In this document: in pieces, positions 9,752 to 19,669 of the stretch
Layout: the number at the start of each line of letters is the position of its first letter
How positions within the stretch are numbered: the first letter of the stretch is position 1
From: a virus
Taxonomy: Duplodnaviria > Caudoviricetes
Direction: 5' to 3' (one strand)
Length of the DNA: 50,945 bases
IMG/VR virus record: IMGVR_UViG_3300024182_000004
Coordinates: 1 to 50,945 of that record
Translations under genes and position numbers: made by a program
Notes under the pieces: generated by a model
Told to the model about the DNA's origin: nothing
What the model saw: the letters and a program-made list of their open reading frames with translations, nothing else
Database searches by the model: none

Positions 9752-10069
9752 ATGTTGAAGCGTGAATGGTCCCTGATCGTCGCTGCATTGAAACTTTACG
9801 AAGTCACGAGCCGCGAGTTCGGAGGTCGCCAGATACCCGTTCCGTCTGGCGAGAATGAGTGGGTCGGAATCGCCGATGAATGCGTCGAGCTTCTCAAGAA
9901 GTTGCCTCCGGAGGAACCGGCGACGCCGCCAAAACTGGTACTCACGCGCCCGGACGGTCCGCTCTTCAACGGACTCTCCGTCGAATGTGATTTCTGTCGA
10001 CCGCAGCACCGCATAATCCTCACGCTCGCCGACGACGGAACGGCGTATTGCCAGCACGAATCGCCATGA
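9752..10069 (+). CDS. Small accessory protein with C-terminal CxxC/CxH
   Basis: MLKREWSL...CDFC...YCQH; real start lies inside track ORF 8450..10069. Confidence 0.65.
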   Translation: MLKREWSLIVAALKLYEVTSREFGGRQIPVPSGENEWVGIADECVELLKKLPPEEPATPPKLVLTRPDGPLFNGLSVECDFCRPQHRIILTLADDGTAYCQHESP

Positions 10070-10542
10070 CCACCCACATCGGCCCCCCCTCGATCGACAA
10101 GAGCGGTCAGCACGGCGTTGCGGTTCATCTCCACCTCGAAGCCGGAGGCTGGCACGGCAGCTACCGGATCGCCACGCACGGCAGGAGCGCTGATTGGGTC
10201 GCCGCCGAGCATGCGCGGATCGTCGAGTGGCACAGCAGGAAAGCCGCGAAGTTGACCGAGCTGCAGTCGCTCGTCGGGATGACGATCGCGGGCGGCTTCG
10301 TCATCATGGACGCGACGGTTCGTGATCGCGGCCACGGATGCGAGTTGATCTGCCGCGCTCTCTTCGCCGGGCCACCTTCCGTTCCTCTGCGCATGGTCGA
10401 GTTCTTCGACGATCCGAGCCACGTTCCCTCGGCGCAGGCACTCGTGAACGCGATGAACGAGCGAATCCATCTTCAGGCGAAGAGCGCGGACGCTCGCGAT
10501 CAGCACGTCGCTGAGGTGCGCGGCATTCTCGGTTTGACTTGA
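10066..10542 (+). CDS. Hypothetical protein (possibly virion-associated)
   Basis: ATGA-coupled ORF. Confidence 0.65.
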   Translation: MTTHIGPPSIDKSGQHGVAVHLHLEAGGWHGSYRIATHGRSADWVAAEHARIVEWHSRKAAKLTELQSLVGMTIAGGFVIMDATVRDRGHGCELICRALFAGPPSVPLRMVEFFDDPSHVPSAQALVNAMNERIHLQAKSADARDQHVAEVRGILGLT

Positions 10543-10570
10543 TCTTCGTTTATCGGTTACACTCCGCGCC
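10534..10570 (+). promoter_or_regulatory. Sigma70-like promoter, motif copy 3
   Basis: TTGACT-N18-TACACT-CCGCGCC. Confidence 0.75.
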
Positions 10571-10749
10571 GTTAGTCCACGTCGGGTAATCGCGCGTAAC
10601 TTGTGGACTGGTGCCGAAGCAACCCGATAACGGAGGCATCACGGCAGGACGGGCCGTACATGGGTGGCCGCACCCTGAAACCGACTGGCGGCACTCTTTT
10701 GCCGTGAAAACGTGCATAATTGCCTCCGTCGAAAGGCAGGAGGTCGCGC
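10571..10749 (+). ncRNA. Structured 5' leader with alternative anti-SD pairing
   Basis: Stems 10574-80/10603-09, 10630-38/10721-29 and 10639-46/10700-07; possible pseudoknot 10582-87/10622-27. Confidence 0.6.
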
Positions 10750-11325
10750 GTGGCATTCGGGTTGTCCACAAAGGCGGACGTCAACGCCATCAAGTTCATG
10801 GGCCAGGACTGGCTCACCTCCGGAAAAGGCATCACCGACATGTCGCTCGATGACCTTCATCGGATGAGCGGCGACTTCCAAAACCAGATCAACACGGGCG
10901 GACTCACTCCGGCGCTCAACAGGCAATACGATGTAGCCGGCGGCGCGATCTCAGACAATGCCGTTCGCGCGGCGCGCTCGTTCAGGGCTGGCCTCGGCCA
11001 AACCGCGATACAGAACGGTGGAACGTTGTCGACGGCGGCTCAGGCCGAACTCGCGACGCGCAACGAGGCGAACATCAACGAAGACACCTTTACAGCGCGG
11101 AACAACCTCGCGTTCGACAAGGCGAAGGTCTCGCAGGCGGCCACCTCCGAGCTCCAGGACCGCATCCTCAAAGTCGCGGACATGGTACGCACGACTGGTC
11201 TCACGCGCGAACAGATGGGGTCCGCGGCGCTGATACAGGCGGCGGTTCTGAAGCTCCAGCAGAAGCGGGATACGCTCAACGCCTTGACGTCCATCCTCCA
11301 CGCTGGCGTTGGCGGGGGCGGCTAA
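10750..11325 (+). CDS. Putative internal virion (ejection) protein 1
   Basis: AGGAGG plus GTG; Ala/Gln/Gly-rich helical sequence; position after tail genes. Confidence 0.55.
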   Translation: MAFGLSTKADVNAIKFMGQDWLTSGKGITDMSLDDLHRMSGDFQNQINTGGLTPALNRQYDVAGGAISDNAVRAARSFRAGLGQTAIQNGGTLSTAAQAELATRNEANINEDTFTARNNLAFDKAKVSQAATSELQDRILKVADMVRTTGLTREQMGSAALIQAAVLKLQQKRDTLNALTSILHAGVGGGG

Positions 11326-11328
11326 GCC

Positions 11329-12729
11329 GTGCCGGTACTTGGCGGGTTGTTCAATAATCAGTGGCAGGACGGCGGTGGCGACTTCGGCGTGATTGCCTCG
11401 CGCGTGGCCGAGCAGCTCGCGAATACGAACGCGGCCTCGACCAGCGAGCAGCAGAAAAAGATCACCGAGATCGCCAAGCGGCCGCAACCGGTCAGATCCG
11501 TCACTGTCACGCACAAGCCCGATGGGACGATGGACCAGATCGTCACCGTCAAGAACGCGCCGCAGCAAGATCCGGCGCAGGAAGCGCAGGCGGCCAGCGC
11601 GGGACCGCAGGCCGACTACCTTCAGCATGTTGTCGCTCCGATCATCCACGGCGGCGCTGCGACGATCTCGGCACTGCCGGATCCCGAATCGATCGACCCG
11701 GGCCTCCTCGCCAGCCGGCAAGGGCGAGAGCAACTTCTCAAACAGTCCGGGCTCGATGCGGCGTTCGGGCACAGGCCTGGCGAGGGGTTGCTCGGGATGG
11801 CGGCCCGGCTCGACAAGCGCGACGAGTTGCTCAACGACCCGGAGCGTCTCAAGCGCCTCGTCATGGCGCAGAGGTTTCGCGAACGAGCCGCCGTAGGTGA
11901 CGAGGTTCGACCGTTCCAGCAAGACCTCAACGCCATGGACACGCAGAGGCGCCAGCACGAGATGGAGGTGCGGCAGGGCATCGCCGAGGATCGTAGGCAG
12001 AAAACTGAGGCGCGGCGCGAGGAGGAGACCTTCATCGGCGACTTCACCCGTGGCGACCACAATTACGGATTCATGGACGACAAGGGTGCGCAGACGCTGA
12101 TCGATGCCGAGAAGCAGCGGTATAAGGCCCGGTTCGGCGAGGACAAAGAGATGCCCGCGTGGATGGAAACCATGATGCATTCGAGGATCATGGACGACCG
12201 CGCGAAGAACTCCTCGGACAAAGCGAAGACGCAGTTCACCCAGGACAACCAGGACCGCAGCTACGAGCGGCTGATGACGATCCTCGGGATGCAGCAGGCC
12301 AACACGCAGAGCATGATTGCGGCGCGGGATGCGAAGGCGAACACCACGCGCGTTTCCCGCCGCGACGCGATCGAGACCCCGGCGAACGAGTTGCTATCGT
12401 ACCTCGGCGACGACAGCTACGATCAGAAGTCGGTCAACCGCGCGCTGACCACGAAAGACAACGTGCTCGGGCAGGAGCGCAACAAACTCACTGCGGCGAT
12501 CCGTCTCGATTCCCCCACCGTGAACACGATGGCCACGAGCGAGCCGTGGAAGAAGAGCGAGATCGCGAAGATCATCGCGCGGATCAAAAACAACCAACAG
12601 CGCATCCGCGAGATCGACGCAGAGCGCGCAATCATTGCGAGACGCTCGGCCACGGCTACGCCAGCCGGCGCACCGCCTCCTCCTCCTCCATCCGCCGCGC
12701 CTCGTGACCCGCTCGGAATCCTTCACTAA
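11329..12729 (+). CDS. Putative internal virion (ejection) protein 2
   Basis: Coiled-coil-rich 466 aa ending DPLGIL. Confidence 0.55.
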   Translation: MPVLGGLFNNQWQDGGGDFGVIASRVAEQLANTNAASTSEQQKKITEIAKRPQPVRSVTVTHKPDGTMDQIVTVKNAPQQDPAQEAQAASAGPQADYLQHVVAPIIHGGAATISALPDPESIDPGLLASRQGREQLLKQSGLDAAFGHRPGEGLLGMAARLDKRDELLNDPERLKRLVMAQRFRERAAVGDEVRPFQQDLNAMDTQRRQHEMEVRQGIAEDRRQKTEARREEETFIGDFTRGDHNYGFMDDKGAQTLIDAEKQRYKARFGEDKEMPAWMETMMHSRIMDDRAKNSSDKAKTQFTQDNQDRSYERLMTILGMQQANTQSMIAARDAKANTTRVSRRDAIETPANELLSYLGDDSYDQKSVNRALTTKDNVLGQERNKLTAAIRLDSPTVNTMATSEPWKKSEIAKIIARIKNNQQRIREIDAERAIIARRSATATPAGAPPPPPPSAAPRDPLGILH

Positions 12730-15700
12730 TGCCCCAGATGACGACTGCTCAGTTCGCGCAGAGCGTCCGCGCGAAGTATCCGGGCTCGTACGATGATCTC
12801 GGGGATGACGATCTGGTCTCGAGGGTAGTCGCCAAACATCCTGAGTACGTGGCTGATGGGGTGGTCGAAGCGCCGAAGACTGCCGCGGCGCCGGCGCCGT
12901 CGAGATTGGACGCCGCGCGAGCGAAACTCTCTCAGCCGCAAGGCGACGGAGGCAGCGCGTGGGATTACGTGACCGGCGCCGCCAAGGGTATCGCTCGCGC
13001 GGTAGGGGTTCCGACCAGCGTCGACGAACTGAAGGCAGACGCGAAAGACTCCGTGCTCAACGTGCTCACCGCCGGAGTCGTACCGGCAGCGAACAAGGCC
13101 GTCGGGATGGTTCAGCAGGGCATCAGCGCATACCAGAGGGCGAAGGACGCTAAAGGCGCAGCGCGGACGGCCCAGGCTGTGGCGTCTGGAGTCCCGTTTG
13201 TCGGTCAGCCGGTGGCCGCCGTCGTCGATCCGGCGATCTCCGAAGCGGAGGGCTACGGGCCTACGCACGAACAGAATGTCGCCGCAGTCGAAGGGGGCGC
13301 TTCCCTCGCTACGCTCATGCTCGCTCCGAAGGTGCTCAGGAAGGTGAGCAAGCTCGCCGAGGCCCGCGCCGCGCTCAAGGCTCGAAGCGCGCCGGTGGAA
13401 GCGGCGGCGGTTAGTCCACCATCTGAAGCCATCCCTTCAGAGGCTTCCGCGCCGGCCGGACCAGTTGCCGCGCCGGCGGACGAAATTAGTCCACCCTCAA
13501 CCGAGGCCGCAAAACCGGACCAGCCGCCCACGATCCGCACCCCCGAGGCGATCTTCGCCGACATGCAGAAGGCCGAGACGGACCTGAAGGCCGCGACCGA
13601 TGCGGTTCAGCCCCGGGAATCACCAGCAGCCGCAGCCTCTCCTGCCGCCGCAGCGCCATCAGAAGCCGAGCCTCCGCCAGCCCCCCCCACGCCGCCGATC
13701 GCGCCACGGGGCGATTCTGGGACAAATGGAGGTGGTTTCGACGCTCAGGCGTACGTCAAGGAACAGGTTGCCGCCCGCGAGGCCGCCAGGAAAGCCGGAT
13801 CACCCGCTGGTGTTTTGGCTAAAGGGCGGTCGTTGCTTTCCGATATCAAGCGAAAGCTGGTCGACTCGAACGCCCCGATCGAGGATCTATTGAACGACAT
13901 CACCAAGCGCGAGAAGATCAAGCTGGCGCCATCGCGGGACATCACCAACGCAATCGACCGGGTCTACCGCGCGCCCTCCATCGCCGGCCAGTTCGCGAAG
14001 GAGAACGGGATCGAAGGTGTCATCCGTGACGTCCCTGACCTCGACACCCTCGACCAGTACCTCATAGCAAAGCAGGCGCAGACCGTAGCCGAATCTGGTC
14101 GCGAGACCGGTCGCAACCTCCCAGAGGATCGGCTCTTTATGGATACCGTGGGTCCGACCTATGAGCCGTTCGCGCAACAGATCAACACCTACTCCCAGAG
14201 GCTCCTTGACTACGCCACCGAATCCGGTCTCGTGAGTCCCGAGCTCGCAGCCAGCCTCAAAGAGCAATACCCGGATTACGTTCCCCTCCAGCGCGTCTTC
14301 GGTGAGGCCGAGAACACAGGAGCGCCCGGCGGCGGAAGTGGGCCGGCTTCAATTTCCGGACAAACGGTCGTCCGCAAATTGAAGGGGTCCGCGCGTCAGA
14401 TCGAGAGCCCGGTAGAGTCGATGATGGCGAAGACGACGGAGGCGTTCACGCAGGGCGAGAAGAACAAGGCGGGGCAGCTGCTGGCTGGCTACCGAGATCT
14501 ACCCGGCAACCCGTTCCAGATTGAGGAAGTGATGGGCGACAAGGTGCCGACCGGCGCCCATACGATCTCGTACCTCGACCAGGGCGTGAAGCGAACCTTC
14601 ACGGCGCCGAAGCTCATCGCTAACGCCGCAAAGGCGCTCGATGTCCAGCGCCTCGGCATCGTCGGGCGAATCCTCGCGACTCCAGTTCGCGTGGCGAAGG
14701 TCGGCATCACCGGCATCAACCCGGCCTTTCTGGCCTCGAACATCGCGAAAGACCAGATCACTGGATTCATCAACTCCGAGCGCGGGATCAATACCCTCGC
14801 CAATCCGATGACCTTCAGCAAGGCGCTATTCCAGGCCGTCGGCCACGGCGATCTCTTTGACGAGATGATCCGTGAGGGGGCGCTCGGGACCTCCTTCGAC
14901 ATGGCGAGGAATCAGATCCCAGCCACGGTCGCTTCGATCCGGAGCACGCGCTCGCTGATGACACGCGCCGCCTACATGGTCCGACATCCGAGCCAGGTAT
15001 TGCGCGCGGCCGAAGACGTTCTTGCTCGAGGCGAAGAGTTCACCCGCATCCAGCACTACATCGCCGGCAAGGAAGGCGCTCTGCAGTCAGGCCTTCCAGA
15101 GGAAGAGGCGCGCATCGCCGGCGCCAGAGCAGCTCGCGAGAACACTGTCAACTTCGCCCGCCGCGGCGAATGGGGGACGGTCCTCAACTCCACATTTCTT
15201 TACCTTAACGCGCAGATCCAGGGCACGCGCACGCTCCTTCGGAACCTCCAGTCCCGGCCGATGGCCACGGGGGCGAAGATCGGAACGGCGGTCTTCATGC
15301 CGGTAGCGATGGCTACGGCGTGGAACATGAAAGACCCGGCGCGACGCAAGGCCTACCAGGACATTTCGGAGTTTGAGCATCAGAACAACATCATCCTCGT
15401 GCCGCCGAACCCTACCCAGAACGAGAAAGGGCAGTGGCGCGTCCTAAAGATCCCCCTCTCCCAGGAGATCAACAACCTCGCCGACGTACCGCGGCGCGTC
15501 ATCGAGCACGCCTTCGGTGCTGACCCGATTCGCGCTGGCCAGGTCGCGGAGGCGCTGGTCGGAACGGTATCGCCGGTCGGGACGACAAAGGGGCAGGTGT
15601 TCTCGACGATGACTCCGCAGTTCATCAAGCCAGCGCTCGAAATCGCAATGAACAAGAACATCTTCACGGGTCGCGAGATCGTCCCTCAGTCGCCCGGCTC

Positions 15701-16010
15701 GCGCTACCGTAAGGACATGGCCACAGGCGGCACAGCGCGCGCCATCGCGAGGCAGCTCGGAGCGTCGCCTATCCAAGTTGAGGAGGCGATCCGTGAGACC
15801 TTCGGGGGCACAGGAACGCAGGTGATGAACCTCACCGACCAGACAACGAAGGTGCTGACCGGCAATCCGAAGTATCCAGTTGGCGGCGAGAGTTCGCTGG
15901 AGGCTACGCGCCGCCGGTTCGGTTTGGCATTCGGCGGAGAGGTTCAGCGAAAGCAGAACCAGCAGGCAAAGGACGCGCAGGAGAAGGCAGCGCAGTCGAT
16001 GGTGAAATGA
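12729..16010 (+). CDS. Large internal virion / polyvalent protein (LPD38-like C-terminus)
   Basis: 1093 aa; N-terminal FAQSVRAKYPGSYDDL motif; YVPLQRVF, TVNFARRG, FLYLNAQIQG and PALEIAMNKNIFTGREI motifs. Confidence 0.7.
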   Translation: MPQMTTAQFAQSVRAKYPGSYDDLGDDDLVSRVVAKHPEYVADGVVEAPKTAAAPAPSRLDAARAKLSQPQGDGGSAWDYVTGAAKGIARAVGVPTSVDELKADAKDSVLNVLTAGVVPAANKAVGMVQQGISAYQRAKDAKGAARTAQAVASGVPFVGQPVAAVVDPAISEAEGYGPTHEQNVAAVEGGASLATLMLAPKVLRKVSKLAEARAALKARSAPVEAAAVSPPSEAIPSEASAPAGPVAAPADEISPPSTEAAKPDQPPTIRTPEAIFADMQKAETDLKAATDAVQPRESPAAAASPAAAAPSEAEPPPAPPTPPIAPRGDSGTNGGGFDAQAYVKEQVAAREAARKAGSPAGVLAKGRSLLSDIKRKLVDSNAPIEDLLNDITKREKIKLAPSRDITNAIDRVYRAPSIAGQFAKENGIEGVIRDVPDLDTLDQYLIAKQAQTVAESGRETGRNLPEDRLFMDTVGPTYEPFAQQINTYSQRLLDYATESGLVSPELAASLKEQYPDYVPLQRVFGEAENTGAPGGGSGPASISGQTVVRKLKGSARQIESPVESMMAKTTEAFTQGEKNKAGQLLAGYRDLPGNPFQIEEVMGDKVPTGAHTISYLDQGVKRTFTAPKLIANAAKALDVQRLGIVGRILATPVRVAKVGITGINPAFLASNIAKDQITGFINSERGINTLANPMTFSKALFQAVGHGDLFDEMIREGALGTSFDMARNQIPATVASIRSTRSLMTRAAYMVRHPSQVLRAAEDVLARGEEFTRIQHYIAGKEGALQSGLPEEEARIAGARAARENTVNFARRGEWGTVLNSTFLYLNAQIQGTRTLLRNLQSRPMATGAKIGTAVFMPVAMATAWNMKDPARRKAYQDISEFEHQNNIILVPPNPTQNEKGQWRVLKIPLSQEINNLADVPRRVIEHAFGADPIRAGQVAEALVGTVSPVGTTKGQVFSTMTPQFIKPALEIAMNKNIFTGREIVPQSPGSRYRKDMATGGTARAIARQLGASPIQVEEAIRETFGGTGTQVMNLTDQTTKVLTGNPKYPVGGESSLEATRRRFGLAFGGEVQRKQNQQAKDAQEKAAQSMVK

Positions 16011-16052
16011 TTTTTGTGGCACTATGTCCCGTACAGAGGGAGGGGCCGTGGA

Positions 16053-16424
16053 ATGGCTGAGCACGAAACGCCGCATCGGGGTGGCGACCGCAGATCGGCG
16101 TGGACAGACCCGCACTTCTGGATGCCGCTCGTCATTCAGGCCATCATCTCCCTTGTCGCCATCGTCACGATCGTTGCGAACACGCGTTCGGATGTCTCCA
16201 GCCTCAAGGAGACAATCGCCGAACTGCGTGGCCAGGTTACCGCCCTGCAATCACTCGTCACCATCACCACGGAGCAAAAGGGGAAGATGGAAGCGCTCGA
16301 AGGTCGCGTGACAAAGCTGGAGAATTTCCAGGAGACGCAGGAGAAGGCCTACAATATCAACTTCACGACGCGGCTCGCGAGGGTCGAAGCGCGGCAAGGC
16401 GTATCAACGAAAGCGGGGGAGTGA
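16053..16424 (+). CDS. Membrane protein with coiled coil (holin or lysis candidate)
   Basis: One hydrophobic segment followed by heptad repeats. Confidence 0.5.
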   Translation: MAEHETPHRGGDRRSAWTDPHFWMPLVIQAIISLVAIVTIVANTRSDVSSLKETIAELRGQVTALQSLVTITTEQKGKMEALEGRVTKLENFQETQEKAYNINFTTRLARVEARQGVSTKAGE

Positions 16425-16427
16425 ACG

Positions 16428-16766
16428 ATGTGCGACGCGGCCTGTATCAAGAACATCATCAACGGACAGTTCATGGCCACCCTCGCGCCGATTCTGGCCG
16501 AGAGTACGAGCAATGCCCAAATCCGCGATGCAGCAAAAGGTCTCGGGATCGCCGCCGCTGCGCAAGCTGAAATGTTCGACGCGCTCGGGTTCATCATCGC
16601 GAGCGAAGAGCGGTCGGCCAGCTTCAGCGGATGCGCGCAGGCGCAGGCTCTCGTCAAATGGATCGTCGCCGGATCGGACGTGGCGAACGTCGACAAGATG
16701 CTGAACTGGACAGCCGATATCTGGAAGTCCATCGCCGATCTCGCCGCCGGAAAGTTGTCCACATAG
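16428..16766 (+). CDS. Hypothetical protein
   Basis: GGGGGAG SD; coupled ORF. Confidence 0.6.
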   Translation: MCDAACIKNIINGQFMATLAPILAESTSNAQIRDAAKGLGIAAAAQAEMFDALGFIIASEERSASFSGCAQAQALVKWIVAGSDVANVDKMLNWTADIWKSIADLAAGKLST

Positions 16767-16770
16767 CCGC

Positions 16771-17193
16771 ATGGCCGAGCCGGTAATCGACCCGACGAAG
16801 AACGTCGCCGACCAACTGAACGCGGCGGTCAAGCGGCTCGACGATCTACGCGAGTCGGATTCTCGGCACATCAGGGAGCTGCTAGAGAAGGAAGCGCAGC
16901 GCATCGACGCCAACCGCCAAGTTGACCAACTCGCGGTAACCAACCTCGCCGCACGACGGGAGCAGGACGCCGAAGCGCAGCGACAGCTCGTATCATCCAC
17001 GGCGGCAGCGCTGGCGGCGGCGCAGACGGTCCTCGCTACCGGCTTCAATGAACGACTTTCGAAGCTGGAGGAGCGCAGCTACAAAGGCGAGGGCCGCGGC
17101 GGCGGGATGCAACAGTTTTGGGGCTGGATCGTCGGTGTGATCTTCTTGCTCATCGCGCTCTGGAATCAGATCCGGCCGGCGCTGGGGCACTGA
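16771..17193 (+). CDS. Coiled-coil protein with C-terminal transmembrane helix
   Basis: RLSKLEE...GGG...WGWIVGVIFLLIALW. Confidence 0.65.
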   Translation: MAEPVIDPTKNVADQLNAAVKRLDDLRESDSRHIRELLEKEAQRIDANRQVDQLAVTNLAARREQDAEAQRQLVSSTAAALAAAQTVLATGFNERLSKLEERSYKGEGRGGGMQQFWGWIVGVIFLLIALWNQIRPALGH

Positions 17194-17300
17194 GCATTTC
17201 AAAACGAACGCCCCGGCACAGTCGTCTTTCCATGCCTGGGCGCGCGCTGCCTGTTCGGTCGATCTCCGAAGGCCCCCTATGGGCCGGCACGCTTTGAAGC

Positions 17301-17735
17301 CTACTGGATAGGAATCGGCAGGACGGCTCCGGCCGCACGGGCGATCGGCCCGAACACCCCCTGCCACGAATAGACCGGTGCGCAGTCGTCCTGCAACTGC
17401 TGCCAGAGCAATGCATGCTGCGCTGAGGACAGCCGCAGGATGCGCTTCTCTTCCGCAAGCGAAGCGATCCCGAGCAGCTTGATGTCACCGATCGCCGAGA
17501 AGGTGTCGAGCACACGGAGCCCGGTTGCGTGGCACTGCATGCCGCGTACGTCGTTCACGCTGGCTGCCATCTGCGCAGCGTTGGTGACGTCGGCGCGGGC
17601 GTCGGCTACGAGGTGCTGGACGATGCCGAGGTCGATGTTGATGCCGCCGGGCGTGGTGACGGGTCCGATGGTCAGAGGGTGAGATGCGCACGCCGCGAGG
17701 GCGAGCGCGAGGACTGCGATGGCGATGCGTTTCAT
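17301..17735 (-). CDS. Predicted lipoprotein
   Basis: MKRIAIAVLALALAA-C lipobox. Confidence 0.7.
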   Translation of the reverse strand: MKRIAIAVLALALAACASHPLTIGPVTTPGGINIDLGIVQHLVADARADVTNAAQMAASVNDVRGMQCHATGLRVLDTFSAIGDIKLLGIASLAEEKRILRLSSAQHALLWQQLQDDCAPVYSWQGVFGPIARAAGAVLPIPIQ

Positions 17736-17920
17736 GCGAGCGCCCCCTTCAGTGAAGCGGCGAGTTCGTAGATGCCGTTGGCGACCTCACGCCGCTCCTC
17801 GGCGCGACGGAATGTCGGGTCGGTTTTGCGGCGGACGGCGTAGGCTTTCTCGCCGCCTTGCGGAGGCAGTCCTTCGATGATTTTTCGGTTGAGCTTGCGG
17901 GCGAACGTTCTGATGCTCAT
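17732..17920 (-). CDS. Small basic hypothetical protein
   Basis: GGAGG SD; coupled at both ends. Confidence 0.6.
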   Translation of the reverse strand: MSIRTFARKLNRKIIEGLPPQGGEKAYAVRRKTDPTFRRAEERREVANGIYELAASLKGALA

Positions 17921-18138
17921 TTGCCCTCCAAGCGGTATCCAGCGACATCAAGAGCGGCGAGCACTGCGCGCACCGAACCTCTGTCGAGATCCTTCGCCTT
18001 GGCGCTGAGCTGGCCGTACGGCACCATCAACTCCTCGCCGTCTTCGGCCTTTCGGGTCGTGACGCCTTGGTCGCGCTTGGTCTGCATCCATTGATCGTGA
18101 ACTGCGGCGGAGACTTCTTCGACGACTTGGTCTTCCAT
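17917..18138 (-). CDS. RyR-domain-like small protein
   Basis: AVHDQWM...G...LMVPYGQLSAKAKDLDR matches the RyR repeat pattern. Confidence 0.7.
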   Translation of the reverse strand: MEDQVVEEVSAAVHDQWMQTKRDQGVTTRKAEDGEELMVPYGQLSAKAKDLDRGSVRAVLAALDVAGYRLEGK

Positions 18139-18162
18139 TTATGGCTCCTTCTGTTGAGAGGG

Positions 18163-18432
18163 TTAACGACAGATTCCGCTCTCCGGTTTCGGAGGCGGTC
18201 CTTTGACCAGCTTACAATTGCATCGTCCGTCGCACACCGCGACCATCGCGTAGACATCACCAGGGCGCACCCAAGCGGAAACCATTCCGCACTGCTGCGT
18301 GATGCGCCACGTGAATGCCGTCCTGCCTTGCACAGCGTGAACGAGCATCGGCGATTGGTAGCGGATCTCGCGGACGGCGGCGCATCCGGCGAGCGCGATG
18401 GCGAGGAGTGCGGCTGTGGCGATTCTGGTCAT
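18163..18432 (-). CDS. Predicted lipoprotein
   Basis: AAAGGAGG SD; MTRIATAALLAIALAG-C lipobox. Confidence 0.65.
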   Translation of the reverse strand: MTRIATAALLAIALAGCAAVREIRYQSPMLVHAVQGRTAFTWRITQQCGMVSAWVRPGDVYAMVAVCDGRCNCKLVKGPPPKPESGICR

Positions 18433-18662
18433 TGTTCCTCCTTTACTTGAAACGGACATTCTTCCCCTGTGATTGCGATGTAAATTCGATCCCATTGTGG
18501 GCCTGACTTACCGACATGATTCCGACAGTCGCGGCACCACGGGTCTGAGATGTTTCCGCTCTCAGGGCCGATGTCACGACCACAACAGCCGCAGTAATCG
18601 CGTTTGGGCTGGTACGATAACCCGGACGCGGACTTGCGAGCCCTTCGCGCTGCTCGCGTCAT
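18429..18662 (-). CDS. Small Cys-rich (Zn-finger-like) protein
   Basis: CGCC...WCRDC; GGAGG SD. Confidence 0.6.
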   Translation of the reverse strand: MTRAARRARKSASGLSYQPKRDYCGCCGRDIGPESGNISDPWCRDCRNHVGKSGPQWDRIYIAITGEECPFQVKEEQ

Positions 18663-19669
18663 GACCTCCTCCCCGGCTGTCTGCCGGTTCCTTGTTGTGG
18701 CGCTGGTCCATTGATCTCAGCAAACAATGCTTGGAACTTCCGCCCGAAATCGCTGACAACGGGTCCATCCTTGCCGTACGTCCAGCTCGACCATGTGTCG
18801 CTTCCGGTACCGTTCGGAACGCGCGTGAAGAAGTAGGCCGGGTCACCGTATGCGATCCCCTTCACGTTCGGGAAATCGGTATGTGTTGATCGCGTCCAAT
18901 CGAGAAGGATCTGTAACTCGCTGTCGGTCGCAAGTCCGCGCGCTGCCCCGCCTGCATCGTTCGCCTGTCGAGGCGTTGCGCCGGAAGCGAGGGCTGCGGC
19001 TGTAGCGTCTTGCATCCGCTGCATGGCCTCGGGAAGATTCTGGATGTCGATCTCGCTATAGTACTGATCGCGCAGAGGTTTCGCGCCGAGCCGGTAGACG
19101 CGCTCGAATTCCTCGCGGGTCGCGTAGTCGCCACCACCCATTGGACGACCGTAGGAATGGACAAATTCAAGATCGCAGATGTCGACACCAGCATCGCTGA
19201 GCAGGAGTTCGTTCGCTTCTTCAATGAAAATCTGCTGCGTGTCCTGACTCTCCGCATCGCACCCGCCGATGACCGCCGCAGGATTTGCGCGCCGGACTCC
19301 ACGAGCGAATGGCACAAAGTAGTTCATCACGTAGTCGCGCATACCGTCGTGACCGACCGTGTAGCCCGGCTCGTTGCCAAAGGAAACCCGAGCCATCTGC
19401 GGGCCATAGAACTCCATCCATTCGAAAGCGTTTTCCTCGATATCGTGCGACGGCTCGGTGAGGTTCGCGACGAAATTACCGGTGATGCGCATTCCGCCCT
19501 GCACTGCCTCACGCAGAGCCGCGCCCCACCATCGCGGGTCGTCGAAGTTGTACTGCAAGCGCACGCCCGTAATGCCGATCGGAAGGAGCGCGCGATAGCT
19601 CGCAGCGGTCGGGGCGGGGGGAATCCAGCCATGCGGCTCATGAGGCACGTAGCAGATTTCGAACTCCAT
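18659..19669 (-). CDS. Clan GH-A glycoside hydrolase-like TIM-barrel protein
   Basis: SFGNEPG (acid/base), VRRANPAAVIGG, HSY and YYSEI (nucleophile) in the expected order. Confidence 0.6.
   Translation of the reverse strand: MEFEICYVPHEPHGWIPPAPTAASYRALLPIGITGVRLQYNFDDPRWWGAALREAVQGGMRITGNFVANLTEPSHDIEENAFEWMEFYGPQMARVSFGNEPGYTVGHDGMRDYVMNYFVPFARGVRRANPAAVIGGCDAESQDTQQIFIEEANELLLSDAGVDICDLEFVHSYGRPMGGGDYATREEFERVYRLGAKPLRDQYYSEIDIQNLPEAMQRMQDATAAALASGATPRQANDAGGAARGLATDSELQILLDWTRSTHTDFPNVKGIAYGDPAYFFTRVPNGTGSDTWSSWTYGKDGPVVSDFGRKFQALFAEINGPAPQQGTGRQPGRRS

Noticed and set aside
10620-10735. Hammerhead ribozyme or c-di-GMP riboswitch (CTGA and GAAA words)
   Set aside because: The conserved cores of those families are absent
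10572-13494. TTAGTCCAC at 10572, 13411 and 13486 as a regulatory repeat
   Set aside because: Two copies encode a repeated SPPS linker; a 9-mer match to the leader could be chance
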